A stretch of 64,000 nt of DNA from Scenedesmus sp. PABB004 (Eukaryota), in NCBI GenBank assembly GCA_014905635.1, contig JABVCE010000015.1:806001-870000 (forward strand), given 5' to 3'. Under the pieces are notes generated by a model that saw only the letters and a program-made list of their open reading frames with translations, did no database searches and was not told the origin of the DNA. The position numbers were made by a program, and so were the translations under genes. Shown one piece after another: positions 33,901-44,400 of the stretch (positions are counted from its first letter, which is position 1; every line of letters starts with the position of its first letter).

Positions 33901-36661
33901 GCTGTGCAACCATGCTGCCTGCCTGTGCCGCCCTGGCCCCCCCCCCCTCCATAGTGCGCTGCACACACACCTGGTTGATCTCTGTGACGATCTCTTCAAC
34001 GGTCACGCCCTGACTGCTGATGCCCAGCGCGTCCGCGAGCGCAGTCGCGGCTTCCTGGTTCTGCTGCACGCTGAGCCCCGGCAGCGTGGTGATCTTGAAC
34101 GTATAGGTGACGCTGCTTAGCAGCCGGCGGCCTCCGGTGGTGCCGTTGCAGGTGTCCGGCGTGACCACGATGTTGGCTGCCTCCTCTGGCGTCATGCCCT
34201 GCGTGAGCTGCGCCTGCAGGCTGGCCGCCATGACGACTGCCGCGCCCGCGTCGCAGGTCGTCATTTGCAGGCCCACGTTGACCACCGGCTGCTCCACGAC
34301 CGGCGTGACGCAACAGATCTCCTTGGTCGCGTCGCTGGCGGCGTCCAGCTGCGGCACGGGGCTTCTGTTGGGGAGGCCCTCGCAGAGGGATGCCGGGCAC
34401 GCGTCCTGCGCGCGCACAGCGGCGGCGGCAGCGCAGCAGGTGAGCGCGGCGCGTTGCCCCGGGCGCTGCGGGCAGGCCAGGGCGCCAGGCGCGGCGCGGC
34501 AGCAGCACGCACGCAGCAGGTCGCAAAGGTCGGGGCGACGCCCTTGGCCACGTCACCGGCGCGGGGGCTGGCGCCGGGGCAAGAGACGGACGAGCAGGTG
34601 TGCTGCACGGGGCGGAGCGCGGTGTGGCAGGTCAGCAAGGCCTGCCTGGCTGCAGCTGCGGAGCGCACGCGCCCTCGCTGGCCATGGCAGCCACTCACAC
34701 AACACTCCGCCGCGGAGGAGCCGGCGGTGGTGGGCGGCCGGGGCACTCCCTGGGCGCAGTTGAAGTTGCCACAGGTCGGCACCCACCCGCCGCCGCCGCC
34801 GCCGCCGCTGTCAGGGGAGGGGCTGGGGCTTGTCGGGGGCGCCGGGCTGGGGCTGGGGCTGGTGGGTGTCGGTGAGGGGCTTGCGACCGGTGACGGTGAC
34901 GGGCTGGGGCTCGTGCCCGGCTCGGTCGCGACTGCGCCAGGGCGGGCGGCGCGCGGTCAACGCCGGCGGCCGCCGTCGAGCGGCAGCGGCGCCAAACACC
35001 CTGCGCCCCCATCTGCCAGCCACGAGCACCCACCGATGCCCGTCACGTCCGCGCCCAGGCCGGCGGCAGTGGTCTGCAGCGCGTCCTTGAAGGGCTGGCT
35101 GTTGAGCGTCTGCAGCACCGGGGCGGGGTCGCCGCTGGACAGGACCTGCATGCCGTAGCTCGCGCCCCCCGTCGCGCGAGGCACGGCCAGCGGGCGGCGG
35201 CGCCGCGCTGAATCCTGGGGGGCGGTCGGGCGGCGGCAAGCACGCGGCGACAGGCAGCGGGGCCGGCGGCGGGGTGAGCCGGGACGGCACGCGGTGGGGC
35301 TTGCGCGCGCCGGCATCAACGCAGCCGTATGACCCCATGCAGAGAGAGCAGCGCACGTTGATGCAGACGGTCTTCTTGACCTCCGCCGTGCCGCCCAGCG
35401 CGGCGGCGGTGGCGGACACGAGCGCGTCGTGCAGCGTGGCGTTGCAGGGCCCGCTCGCGCGCACGGTGAGGTCAGCGACCAGCACCACGGGCGGCGTAGG
35501 TGACGGCGAGGGCGCAGGGGACGGCAGCGGCACATCTGCGCAGCGCGGCGACGACGGTCAGCGGCAAAGGTGAGCGGCGGCGGCGTGCTGCCAGCGGCCG
35601 AGGCCTGAACCAACAGCCAAGCGAGCGTGGGCGTTTGGCGCCAGCGCACCTGACTCGCAGGCGGCGGCGCCGGGCAGGGAGGTTGTGCCGGGCTCGCACG
35701 CCTGGCAGGCCGTGGTTGTAGCGGCGCCGCCGGCGGAGAACTGGTTGGCCTCGCACTCTGCGCATGTCGCGCCGCCATGCCCGAGCTGGCAGGCTGCGCG
35801 GTGGGGCGGCGTGTGCGTGAGGCGGGGCGGCGGCGGGGTTGGTGCTGGCCTCGTCGCCGCGCGCCGGCGCGCTGTTTGTCACCCGCACGCAGCGCACTGC
35901 CCCCGCACCGTCGCAGGTGGCCGCGCCGCGCGCGAGGGTGGTGCGGCCGGTGGGGCAGGCCTTGCACCGCGGCGCGAGGGGGCTGGTTGGCGCCAGCGCG
36001 ATGGCGCCGCCGGGCGAGGCCCGGCCCATGGCGCACGGGCGGCAGACAGGGACGCGGACGGTCGCGCCGTTGGCGGTCTGCGTCAGGCGGCGAACCTCCA
36101 TGCCGGGCGGGCAGGCTGTGTGCGGCGGCGGTGCGGCGGATGATGTGCAGTGTGGGCCGGCGGCACGGCGCGTTGTGCGCACGGCGAGGAGGCGCGGGGG
36201 CAGCCGGCCCCTGACGCTCGGCGGCGCTCACCGTCGCAGCTGGTGGAGCCGCGCTTGAGCGTGGTGAGGCCGTCGCGGCAGGCGAGGCACTTGGTTGCGC
36301 CCGGCGTTGGGCTGAAACGCTTGAGGGCGCACGGCACGCACTTGCCCCCGCGCGTGGGGTGCGGCACGTAGCCGGCCTTGCAGCAGAGGCAGGGCCGGTC
36401 CTTGCGGAGCACGCCGGGGGCCGACTTGTCGCACACGGCGCAGTTGGCGGCGCAGAGCGCGGTGGTGCCGGCGCCGACGCTGCACGCGGGGGGCAGCCCG
36501 GCGGGCGCGGCGGCGGCGAGGCCCAGGCCCGCCGCCTCGTCGTCCTCCTCCTGCAGCAGGGCGCGGCCCGAGGGGAGCTGGCGGCTGGCGTCGCACTGCC
36601 GCAGCAGCGCGGCCGCCAGCAGCAGCGCCAGCAGCGCCACGGTTGGTCTCGCCGTCATCAT
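27921..36661 (-). CDS. Large secreted Cys-rich multidomain protein, copy A
   Basis: Signal peptide MMTARPTVALLALLLAAALLRQCDA followed by RALLQ; ephrin-receptor-like Cys repeats (CVPC..FSPTPGATKCLAC..TT..GSTSCD); SPSPSP linkers; three sushi-like modules; repeated YxxGxTC...CC units; two homologous C-terminal domains. The last exon ends RTWSWVFDG* with TGA at 27921-27923. Confidence 0.8.
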
Positions 36662-37510
36662 CAGTCAGCCTAGCGCGCAGGGCGGCGCGCGCGTGCAGTC
36701 CTGCGGGGCACGGTGAGGGCGGGGCGGGAGAGGGCGGTCGAGCCCACAGCGCGCGGGATGCACGGCCTGGCGGCGGAGCTGGACGTGGCCGTCACCAGCG
36801 CGCAGCTGGCGCGCCAACGCTGCCGACGGCGGCGCCGGCGGCACTGCGGGCGCGCGACGAGCACGCTGCAACTCTTTCTGCGACAAAGCAGGCCTCGCGG
36901 AAGCCTGGTCGGCCCAGACACGCGGCCAGCGCAGCTTCGTCCTCGCTTGGTCAGCCGCGTGCCCGCCCAACCCCGCGCCAGCTGCTGCTGCCGCACGGCT
37001 GGTGCTGATCTTTGACATTCCAGCTCACCGCCGCGGTGGGCGCTGCGGTGTCGGGGGCGCGCGTGGGGGCGGGCGCGATGTTGTTGGCGCACGCTTGTGC
37101 GATCGCTTCTCGAGGTCACGATGGCGCTATCACGGTCGAGAGAGACACGATATGGATACCAAGACGCCGCACAGCGCGGTGGCGCGTCGTTTAGGCCGCA
37201 CGGCGGCGGCGGCGCTACGCTCGCTCGTGCGCCCGCTCAGTTCCCCTGCGCCCGCGCGCCCCTACGCGCCCTGTCGCCTGCGCTGTAGACAAGCCGGTCG
37301 ACGGGATGCAACATGGGCCGCTCGAGGAGCGCGCTCGATCGCCGCCGGCCACGCGGCGGGAACTCGCGGTGCGACGATCGTCGCGAGCCAGCTGGCGGCG
37401 CGACGAAAACGCGTCTCGCTCGTTGCGCCGCGCGCCCAGCGCAGGTGCCGTCCCGCGCCTGCTTGCGCAGCGGGGCGGACGCGCCCTCGGCCCTGCCCCG
37501 CCCCTGCCGC

Positions 37511-37710
37511 TCAGTGCCGCGCGTCGCTCCCGCCGCCCGCGCCGCCGCCGCCCGCGCCGCCGCCGTCCGCGCCGCCGCCGCCGCCGCCGCCGCCGATGCC
37601 CATGGCCTGCAGGTTGCTCTGCAGCTGCGCCAGGCTCGGCCGCCCGCCCCCGGCGGGCTTGCGGCGCAGCGCGGCGGCGCCCGCGCCGCTCGCGCCGCCG
37701 CCGTGCTCCG
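37511..37710 (-). pseudogene. Duplicated 3'-terminal fragment of the NDR kinase last exon
   Basis: Encodes AEHGGGASGAGAAALRRKPAGGGRPSLAQLQSNLQAMGIGG..GSDARH*, matching 47830-48010. The following 3' UTR (37300-37510) matches 47635-47830. No upstream kinase exons are present. Confidence 0.85.
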
Positions 37711-37911
37711 CAACGCGCGCCTGTCAGACCGCGCCGCGTGCGCCCACACCGATGCTCAGCCTCAGCAGCGCGCGCTCTGTGGGGAAGTGGGGAAGGTATT
37801 GTCGCTGATGTTACAGGCCCACACATCATCATCCACACAAGGGGCAAGTCAAATCTTTCCCGCATGCATACAGAAGAAAACAGCACAGCATGAAGGTTTT
37901 GCGGTCAATCC

Positions 37912-38071
37912 ACAATAAGATAAGATAAGATAGTTACACCACAGGCTCGCGCCCATTGGTCCCGCGCCCCTTAAGGACGGTGTCCCGCATCTTCCAGATG
38001 TCCATCACATAATCTGCCACAGAGTGAACAGCAAGCTGATCCTGCAGCAGGTCACCAAGCAGATAACAATA
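37912..38071 (-). mobile_element. 5'-truncated non-LTR retrotransposon (LINE) fragment with (CTTAT)n tail and putative 6-bp target-site duplication
   Basis: The minus strand reads YLLGDLLQDQLAVHSVADYVMDIWKMRDTVLKGRGTNGREPVV* followed directly by CTATCTTATCTTATCTTAT. ACAATA occurs at 37912-37917 and 38066-38071. Composition is much more AT-rich than the host. Confidence 0.65.
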
Positions 38072-38442
38072 TCATACCAATACACATTTGGCCCCGCCCG
38101 TGTTGAAATCAACAACAATTGATGGTTGTTTACGTGGTGCACTTATTTGGAGAGGCCACGCCACGGCTTGCAGCTTGCACCAGGGTGTGGTGCCGCCAAG
38201 CACAGCAGCGAGCGGTCGGGCGCACTGTGCTTGGTTTAGGGCTTCCATATCAACGCCACACTCACGTGTTGAAACAAATGCTGCAAAATGCGACCGCACA
38301 ACACACAACTCCCAGACCAAGCGGGCCGGCAGCGCACACATGCGTGATTGAGAAAACAAGCCCCCCCCCTGCCATGCGCGGCGGCTATGGGCTCGGGTTG
38401 CGATGCAGCGGAGCGCGCCTCAAGCAGCGCTCGGCGGACAGT

Positions 38443-41400
38443 TCAGCCGTCAAACGCCCACGACCAGGTTCTGCTGCCGTGCATGATTTGGACCCACCCA
38501 ATAAAGCTCGCTTGCGGGCCGGAGCTCACGACGCGCACTGGGCGGCGGGCGAGCGGCGCGGCGGCAGCAGGTCAGCAGGCTGCGGCGCCCTGGGCTAGCA
38601 CCCCGGGCCCCGCCCCGGGCGAGCCCGGCGCACGGGCTGGGCTCGTGCGCGCACCGTCATGGATCACTGCCTCCGCCAGGAACGAGGGCGTGAGCACCTG
38701 GAGCGGCAGCGCGCCGGGGTTGGCCGCCCACCTGCGCGGCGGGCGCGGGCGGGCGGTGAGCGGGCGCGCACGCGCGGGCGCAAGACTCCGCGCCAGCCCG
38801 GCGTGCGCGGGCGGGCGCGCACCAGGCGAGGGGCTTGTAGTTCGCGGTGCCGCGGTCCCACTGCAGCACCTGGTGCGGGCCGTCCGCCGTGGCCTCGTTG
38901 AAGAGCCGCGCCCCGGCCGGCAGTGTGTCGGGCGCCGGCGCCGGCAGCGCGCCCGCCGCGCCGAGGTGCTCGCGAATCCACCACGCCGGCGCCGCGTCGC
39001 CCGGCGCGCCGGGGGCGTGCGCGGTGGTGGTGAGCCACTTGTTCACGCTGGCCGCCCAGGTGGTCGCGTTGACGCTCCTCGCCGGGTCGTAGCGCAGCTC
39101 CACGTACGGCCCGCCCACGACCGCGCCCGGCAGCGCGCCCGGCACCGCGACGGTGAGCTGCAGGCTCGGCCCGAGCGCCGCGCCCTTGGTGCCGGTGTTG
39201 CCGCGGTAGTTTGCAAACCGCAGGGTGCCGCCGGAGATAAAGTCGGACAGCTTGAGCCCGCCAAAGAGGCCGGGCGCGTAGCCCTCGAAGCCGCGGCGCC
39301 CGGGGAAGGCGAGGGCGACGTGAATCTCGTCGCCCACCCCTGCCGCCGTGCCGTCGGTCGCGACGCGGAGCGCCTTGGTGATGGCCGTCGTCGTGCCGGG
39401 CCGCGTGGGCTTGCTGGTGGTGATGCCCGAGGTGATGTTTACAAAGGGCGACGTGAGGATGGAGAGCGTTGTTATGGCGGCGGCGGCGTTGGACGAGAGC
39501 GTCTGCGACGCAGTCGCGGTCTGGATGACCGAGACGTTGCCGTCGACCGCGTCCACGGCCCAGGCGACGCTGCGGCGCACGAGGACCTGCCACGTCTTGT
39601 CCCGGATCGTGGCGGCTGCGTTTGCGGCGCTCAGATCGCGCTCATACGCAACCAGTGCGGATGCGCCGACGACCAGCGATACATTGCTGGCCTGTGCGCG
39701 GCGGGCGGGCGCGCGCGGTGGGTGAGCGGCGGCGGCCAGCTGCGGCGGCGGCAGAGCGCTGCGCGTGCCCTGGCTGGACTGCTCGCAGCAGCAGCAGCGC
39801 ACACACCAGCACGCAGCACTTGTCGGCGGTCTCCGCGCCCGAGGCCACGCCCGCCAGGTCAACGCCCGCCTTGGCGGCGTCCCCGACTGCGTACAGCTCG
39901 TCAGGGGCGCCGCAGCGCGGCCTCAGCGCATACGAGGTGGTGCCGCACGTCGTGCCAGCCCCAAACACCTGTGTGGCGCCGGCACGGGTGCGTGGGAGGC
40001 GCGAACCACACGCGTTTGCTGCATGCTGCGCGCCCGCGCGGGCGGCCATACGCGCAGCAGCGCAGCACCGGCTCGCCAGCGCCGCGCACCGCGAGGCAGC
40101 AGGCGCCCCACGACCCAGCGCCGCCGACGGTGAGGCCTGCCAGCGGCGTCGACGCGGCGCGGGCGCGGCCGTTGGCGCCGCAGTCGAACGCCCCGCCGCC
40201 AACGTCGCCGCACGTCGCGCCGGCGGGGTACAGGGCGTCTGCGTTGTCAAAGGTCCAGGTCCAGCTCTTGGCCGGGGCACCGCCGACGGCCGGGTAGCTC
40301 GCCCGCACGTGGCCCCAGTAGCCTGAGACAGGGCCGTTGGTGACGAGCCGGACTGCAAACGCGCGGGCGCGGCAGAGGGGCGTGAGCGCGCACGCGCGCG
40401 CGCTGCGGGGCGGCGCCGCGGCTGGCACGACGCGCGTGCGTGCGGGTGCCCAGCCGGCGGCGCAGTGCCCGGCGGGCGGCCCCCGCGCTCACTCACTCTC
40501 GTGAACGACGGCGGAGTTGATGAAGTCTGGATTTTGGAGCAGAACGAACGGCGCGGTGCTGTTGTCGGGCCAGCCGGGTATGGCGCCACCGCCGCCGGCC
40601 TTGCCCTTGCCGGTGAGCCAGCTGGAAATCGGCAGGTTTGTCGCCGTGTAGTCCCTGCGCGCGGCGCGGCGGGTGGGAGGGACGGCTGCGTCAGCCGCAG
40701 CGCGGCAGCGGCGCCAACGGCGGCACGCCGCCCGCCGGCCTCAACCCCCCCCCCCCCCCGGCTGCGCGGGCGCTCGCACCAGTAGTAGGTGGCGAGCGGC
40801 AAGCCTTCGGGCGAGGTTCTGTTGAACCGCCGCAGGTAGGGGCCCGTGACGGCTAGGTTGACCGACCCGGAGACGCCCACGCTCATGTTGGCCAGGCCCG
40901 GCACGTACTCGATGCACCACGGCGTCACGCTGCCGTCCACCCACGAGCCGGCGCCCGCCCAGGTGAGGCGGCTGACCTGCCACTCGTTGGACGGCACCTG
41001 GGGCGACTTGGTGGGCTTGCTGTACACCGGCTCCAGCACGAGGAGCACGCTTGGGCCGGACGTCCGCGCGGCGGGCAGCTGCCCCGGCACGACGAGCAGG
41101 AGTTGCAGGAACTGCGACACGGTCGGGTTGAGCTCGGCCGGCAGTGACGGCGCCTTGAACCAGGACCACTCGATGGACCCGCCGTTGCGCATGAGGTCGA
41201 TGAAGGGAAGGCCGCCCAGCAGGCCGGGCTTGTCGTTCGCGTCCTTTCCCGGGAAGGCGATGCCCAGCTGGATGCGGTCCCCGACCGAGTTGCTCGAGCC
41301 GTTGGTCGTCACGCGCAGCGCGCGTGTGAGCTGCGCGCCGCCGACGGTCGGCGCGCCGCTCAGCAGCGTCGGTCCCGGGGCGTACGAGCTGTTGGCGGCG

Positions 41401-44400
41401 TTGTCGAGCGGCACCGGTGCGGGCGGGCCGTCGGCAAGCGTGGCAAAGGTGGCGCGGGAGATCGGTGCAAGCGACGTGCCGGCGACCTGGGGCTGGGTGT
41501 ACAGCGTGAACCAGCGCTTGTCCGGGAGCCGCCCGTAGTCAGCGGTGCTGGTGATGTTGTCGTAACCCGCCAGGAGCGAGGTCACCGACTCGACGACCGT
41601 GCTCCGCTGCGCGGCAGGCGGGCGGTTTTGTGGGCGGGGTTTTGATAGGCGCGTGGTGGCAGCGTGCATGGGGCGGGGGCGGCTGGGCGGCTGGGCGATG
41701 GCAGGAGGAGGGAACGGGGCGGTCGCCACTCACGGCAATGCAGCAAAGGGCGGTGGCGTCGCTGCCATTGACCACCAGGCCGGTCACGCTGGCGGCGGCG
41801 TCGACGTCGGTGAAGGGCCCGCCGCACAGCGCGGCGATGCCGGACGTGCCGCAGGTGACGCCCGAGCCGTAAAGTTGGAGCTGCATCCATCGGCGGCGGG
41901 GCGCGGCGCCGCGCGTCGGAGCGGGGCGCGTGAGCGACCGGCGCTGCCTGCGCCGGCTGCGGCGCTCACGTGGGTACGCGTGCGCACGCGCGCGCGTGTG
42001 GGGCGGGAGCTGCGGCGCGCGCGCACCACGACGGTGCAGCAGGTGTCCTTGGCGCCGCCCTCGGTCTGGCCGGCGATGCTGGTGGCGTTGACGTCCAGGC
42101 CAAAGGCCCTGCCGGTGCCCTTGCCTGCGGGTGAACAGCAGCGGCGGCGCGGAAGCGTCAGCACAGCAGGGGCTGCGCGCCCGCTCGCGCGCGCGCGCCG
42201 CCAACCGAGGCCGTCCCGCAGTCGCTCACATGACACAGCCTTGGGCGTCGAGGCGCCGTCGCTGCCGCAGGTCGCGCCAGCTGGGTAGCCCTGCAGGAGG
42301 CGGGCCAGCGCGGGGCGCGTCAGGGGGCGTGTGGCAGACGGGCCGCTGCAACGCCGGCGTCCGCGCCTGGCGCACTGCGCGCGCGCTCTCACCGCGCAGC
42401 ACACCGCCTCGGCTGCGGCGGCCGTCAGCCCCGCGACGCTGGCAGTGGGGCGCAGCCCGTTGGGGAAGGGCAGGAGGGAGGTGCTGCAGTTGTATGCGGG
42501 CGCCCCGCCCGCAGCTGGCCCGGTGACGTTGCCGCACGTGGCGCCCGGCGCAAAGAGCTGCGGTGTTTTGGGCGCGGGCGGCGTGTGACAGAGGCGAGCT
42601 GCCGGCGGCAATACGCGCCCAGCCCGCGGCCCCGCTGCAGTCGCCTGCTGGCCACGCCGCGGCCACGCGCCGCCGTCGCGAACTCACCGCGTCGCAGCAG
42701 ATGCCCCTGGCCTCTGCTGCCGTCTTGCCGCTGATTGGAGTGCCTGAGCTGCTGGCCTTTGCCTGCCAGCTCGGCTGCGTGGTCGTGTTGCTGCGGGCGG
42801 CGGGGGCGGCGGGTGGGCGCTGCGCGCAGCGCGTCCGGCAGCCGGTGGCCGGCGCGCGCAGCGCCGCTCACCACTGCAGCGCGTCGTTCGCGGTGCCGTT
42901 GCCGCTGCGGTCGCCGCACGTTGCGCCAGTGGAGAAGACGGCGTCGCAGCACGTGCTGCGCACAGCGTCCGAGCCGGGCACCAGCCGGGCGATGGCGATG
43001 CTGGTCTGGTTGCCCTTGGCCTGCGGCAGGCGGCAGCGGGGCGGCGTGGGGCGTGCGCGGCGCGCAAGCAGCGCGGCGCGAGCGGCGTGGCGCCACCCAC
43101 CGTCCAGGCAGTGACAGGTGTGCAGCTCACAGCGGGCGAGGCGTTGGCACAGGTCGTGTTTGCAGCATAGAGCTGCGGCGGAGCGGCGGCGGGTCGGGGC
43201 GTGCAGCGGGCTATCAGGGCGCCCGCCGCGCGCCCCAAGCGCTGACGGGCCGAGCGCGCCGCGGCGCACCGGGATACAGCACGCGTCCCTGGCGGCCGAC
43301 ATGGTGAGGCCGGCGATGCTCAGGCCGACGTCGGCCGGGTCCTGGGCGGTGCCGCTCAGGCAGGCCACGCGCACAGCAGGAGACGCGCCCGGCTTGGCAT
43401 TGGTGCACGTCGCGCCAGCCGGGTAGAGAGCAGTGCAGTCGCCTAGCCCCGTGCTGGCCCACTCTGCCGCGTCCGTGCCAGCGACGAGCGTGCAGCGCAC
43501 GCCGGGTGGTGTGCCTTCACCGACGCACGTTGCGTTGCAGGTGGCGCCCACGCCGTTGAGGCAGAGGCTGGGCCACTTGGCGTTGGTTGCGTTGATGGGG
43601 ATCGGCAGCGGGCAGGTGACTGTGCGGCAGCGGCGCAGCGCGCACGTGAGCGAGCGCAGCGGCCGGCGCCCGCGCCGCAGCGCGGCGCGGCAGTCCAAGG
43701 TTGGCTGTGCGCAGTGACGCACTCTTGGTGCAGGCGCCCGATGGCGTGGACCATTGCCCACTATTCTTGTCACAGGTCGAGGTCGCGCCGCCCTTGAAGT
43801 TGGCCTCGCACACAGCGGTGCACTTGTCGAGGTTGGCGCAGGTCGGCCACGCCGCGTTGGCGACCGCATTGGGCTGGCCGGTGCACGGCTGCAGCACCGC
43901 TGGGGGATCAGGGCATGTGGTGCTGTCCTCCACCCAGGTGCCGTTGACCCCGCACGTCGCGGTGCGCGTGCCATACCCTGTCGAGCACACGCCGGTGCAG
44001 ACGTCGCCCTCGACGTAGCCCGCACACTTCTGGCTCCACGAAACGCCGGCGAACAGTGGCGGGTAATCGCAGACGTGCACGTGGACCACTGCGGCAGCGG
44101 CGGCAACGGCAGTTTGAAGGGAAGCGCACGGCGCCGCACCGCGGCCGACGCTTGGTCCCCCCCGGCCGCTGCCGCCGCACCTTCCACAAAGCTGGCACCC
44201 GTGGAGGAGTCAACCGGCACGAACGCTGCGGCGCTGCCAGAGGTGTTCAGCTCAACGTTGGCCGCCTCTATGGCAGCGTTGACCACGTCCACCAGCTCCG
44301 CCACCGCCACCGCGACCGTCTCCGCATCCCCGCTGGTGGCCTGCAGCGCCTGATGGGCGCAGGCAGGCGTGCAGGCAGCAAGCCATGGGTGCCTGGGCAG

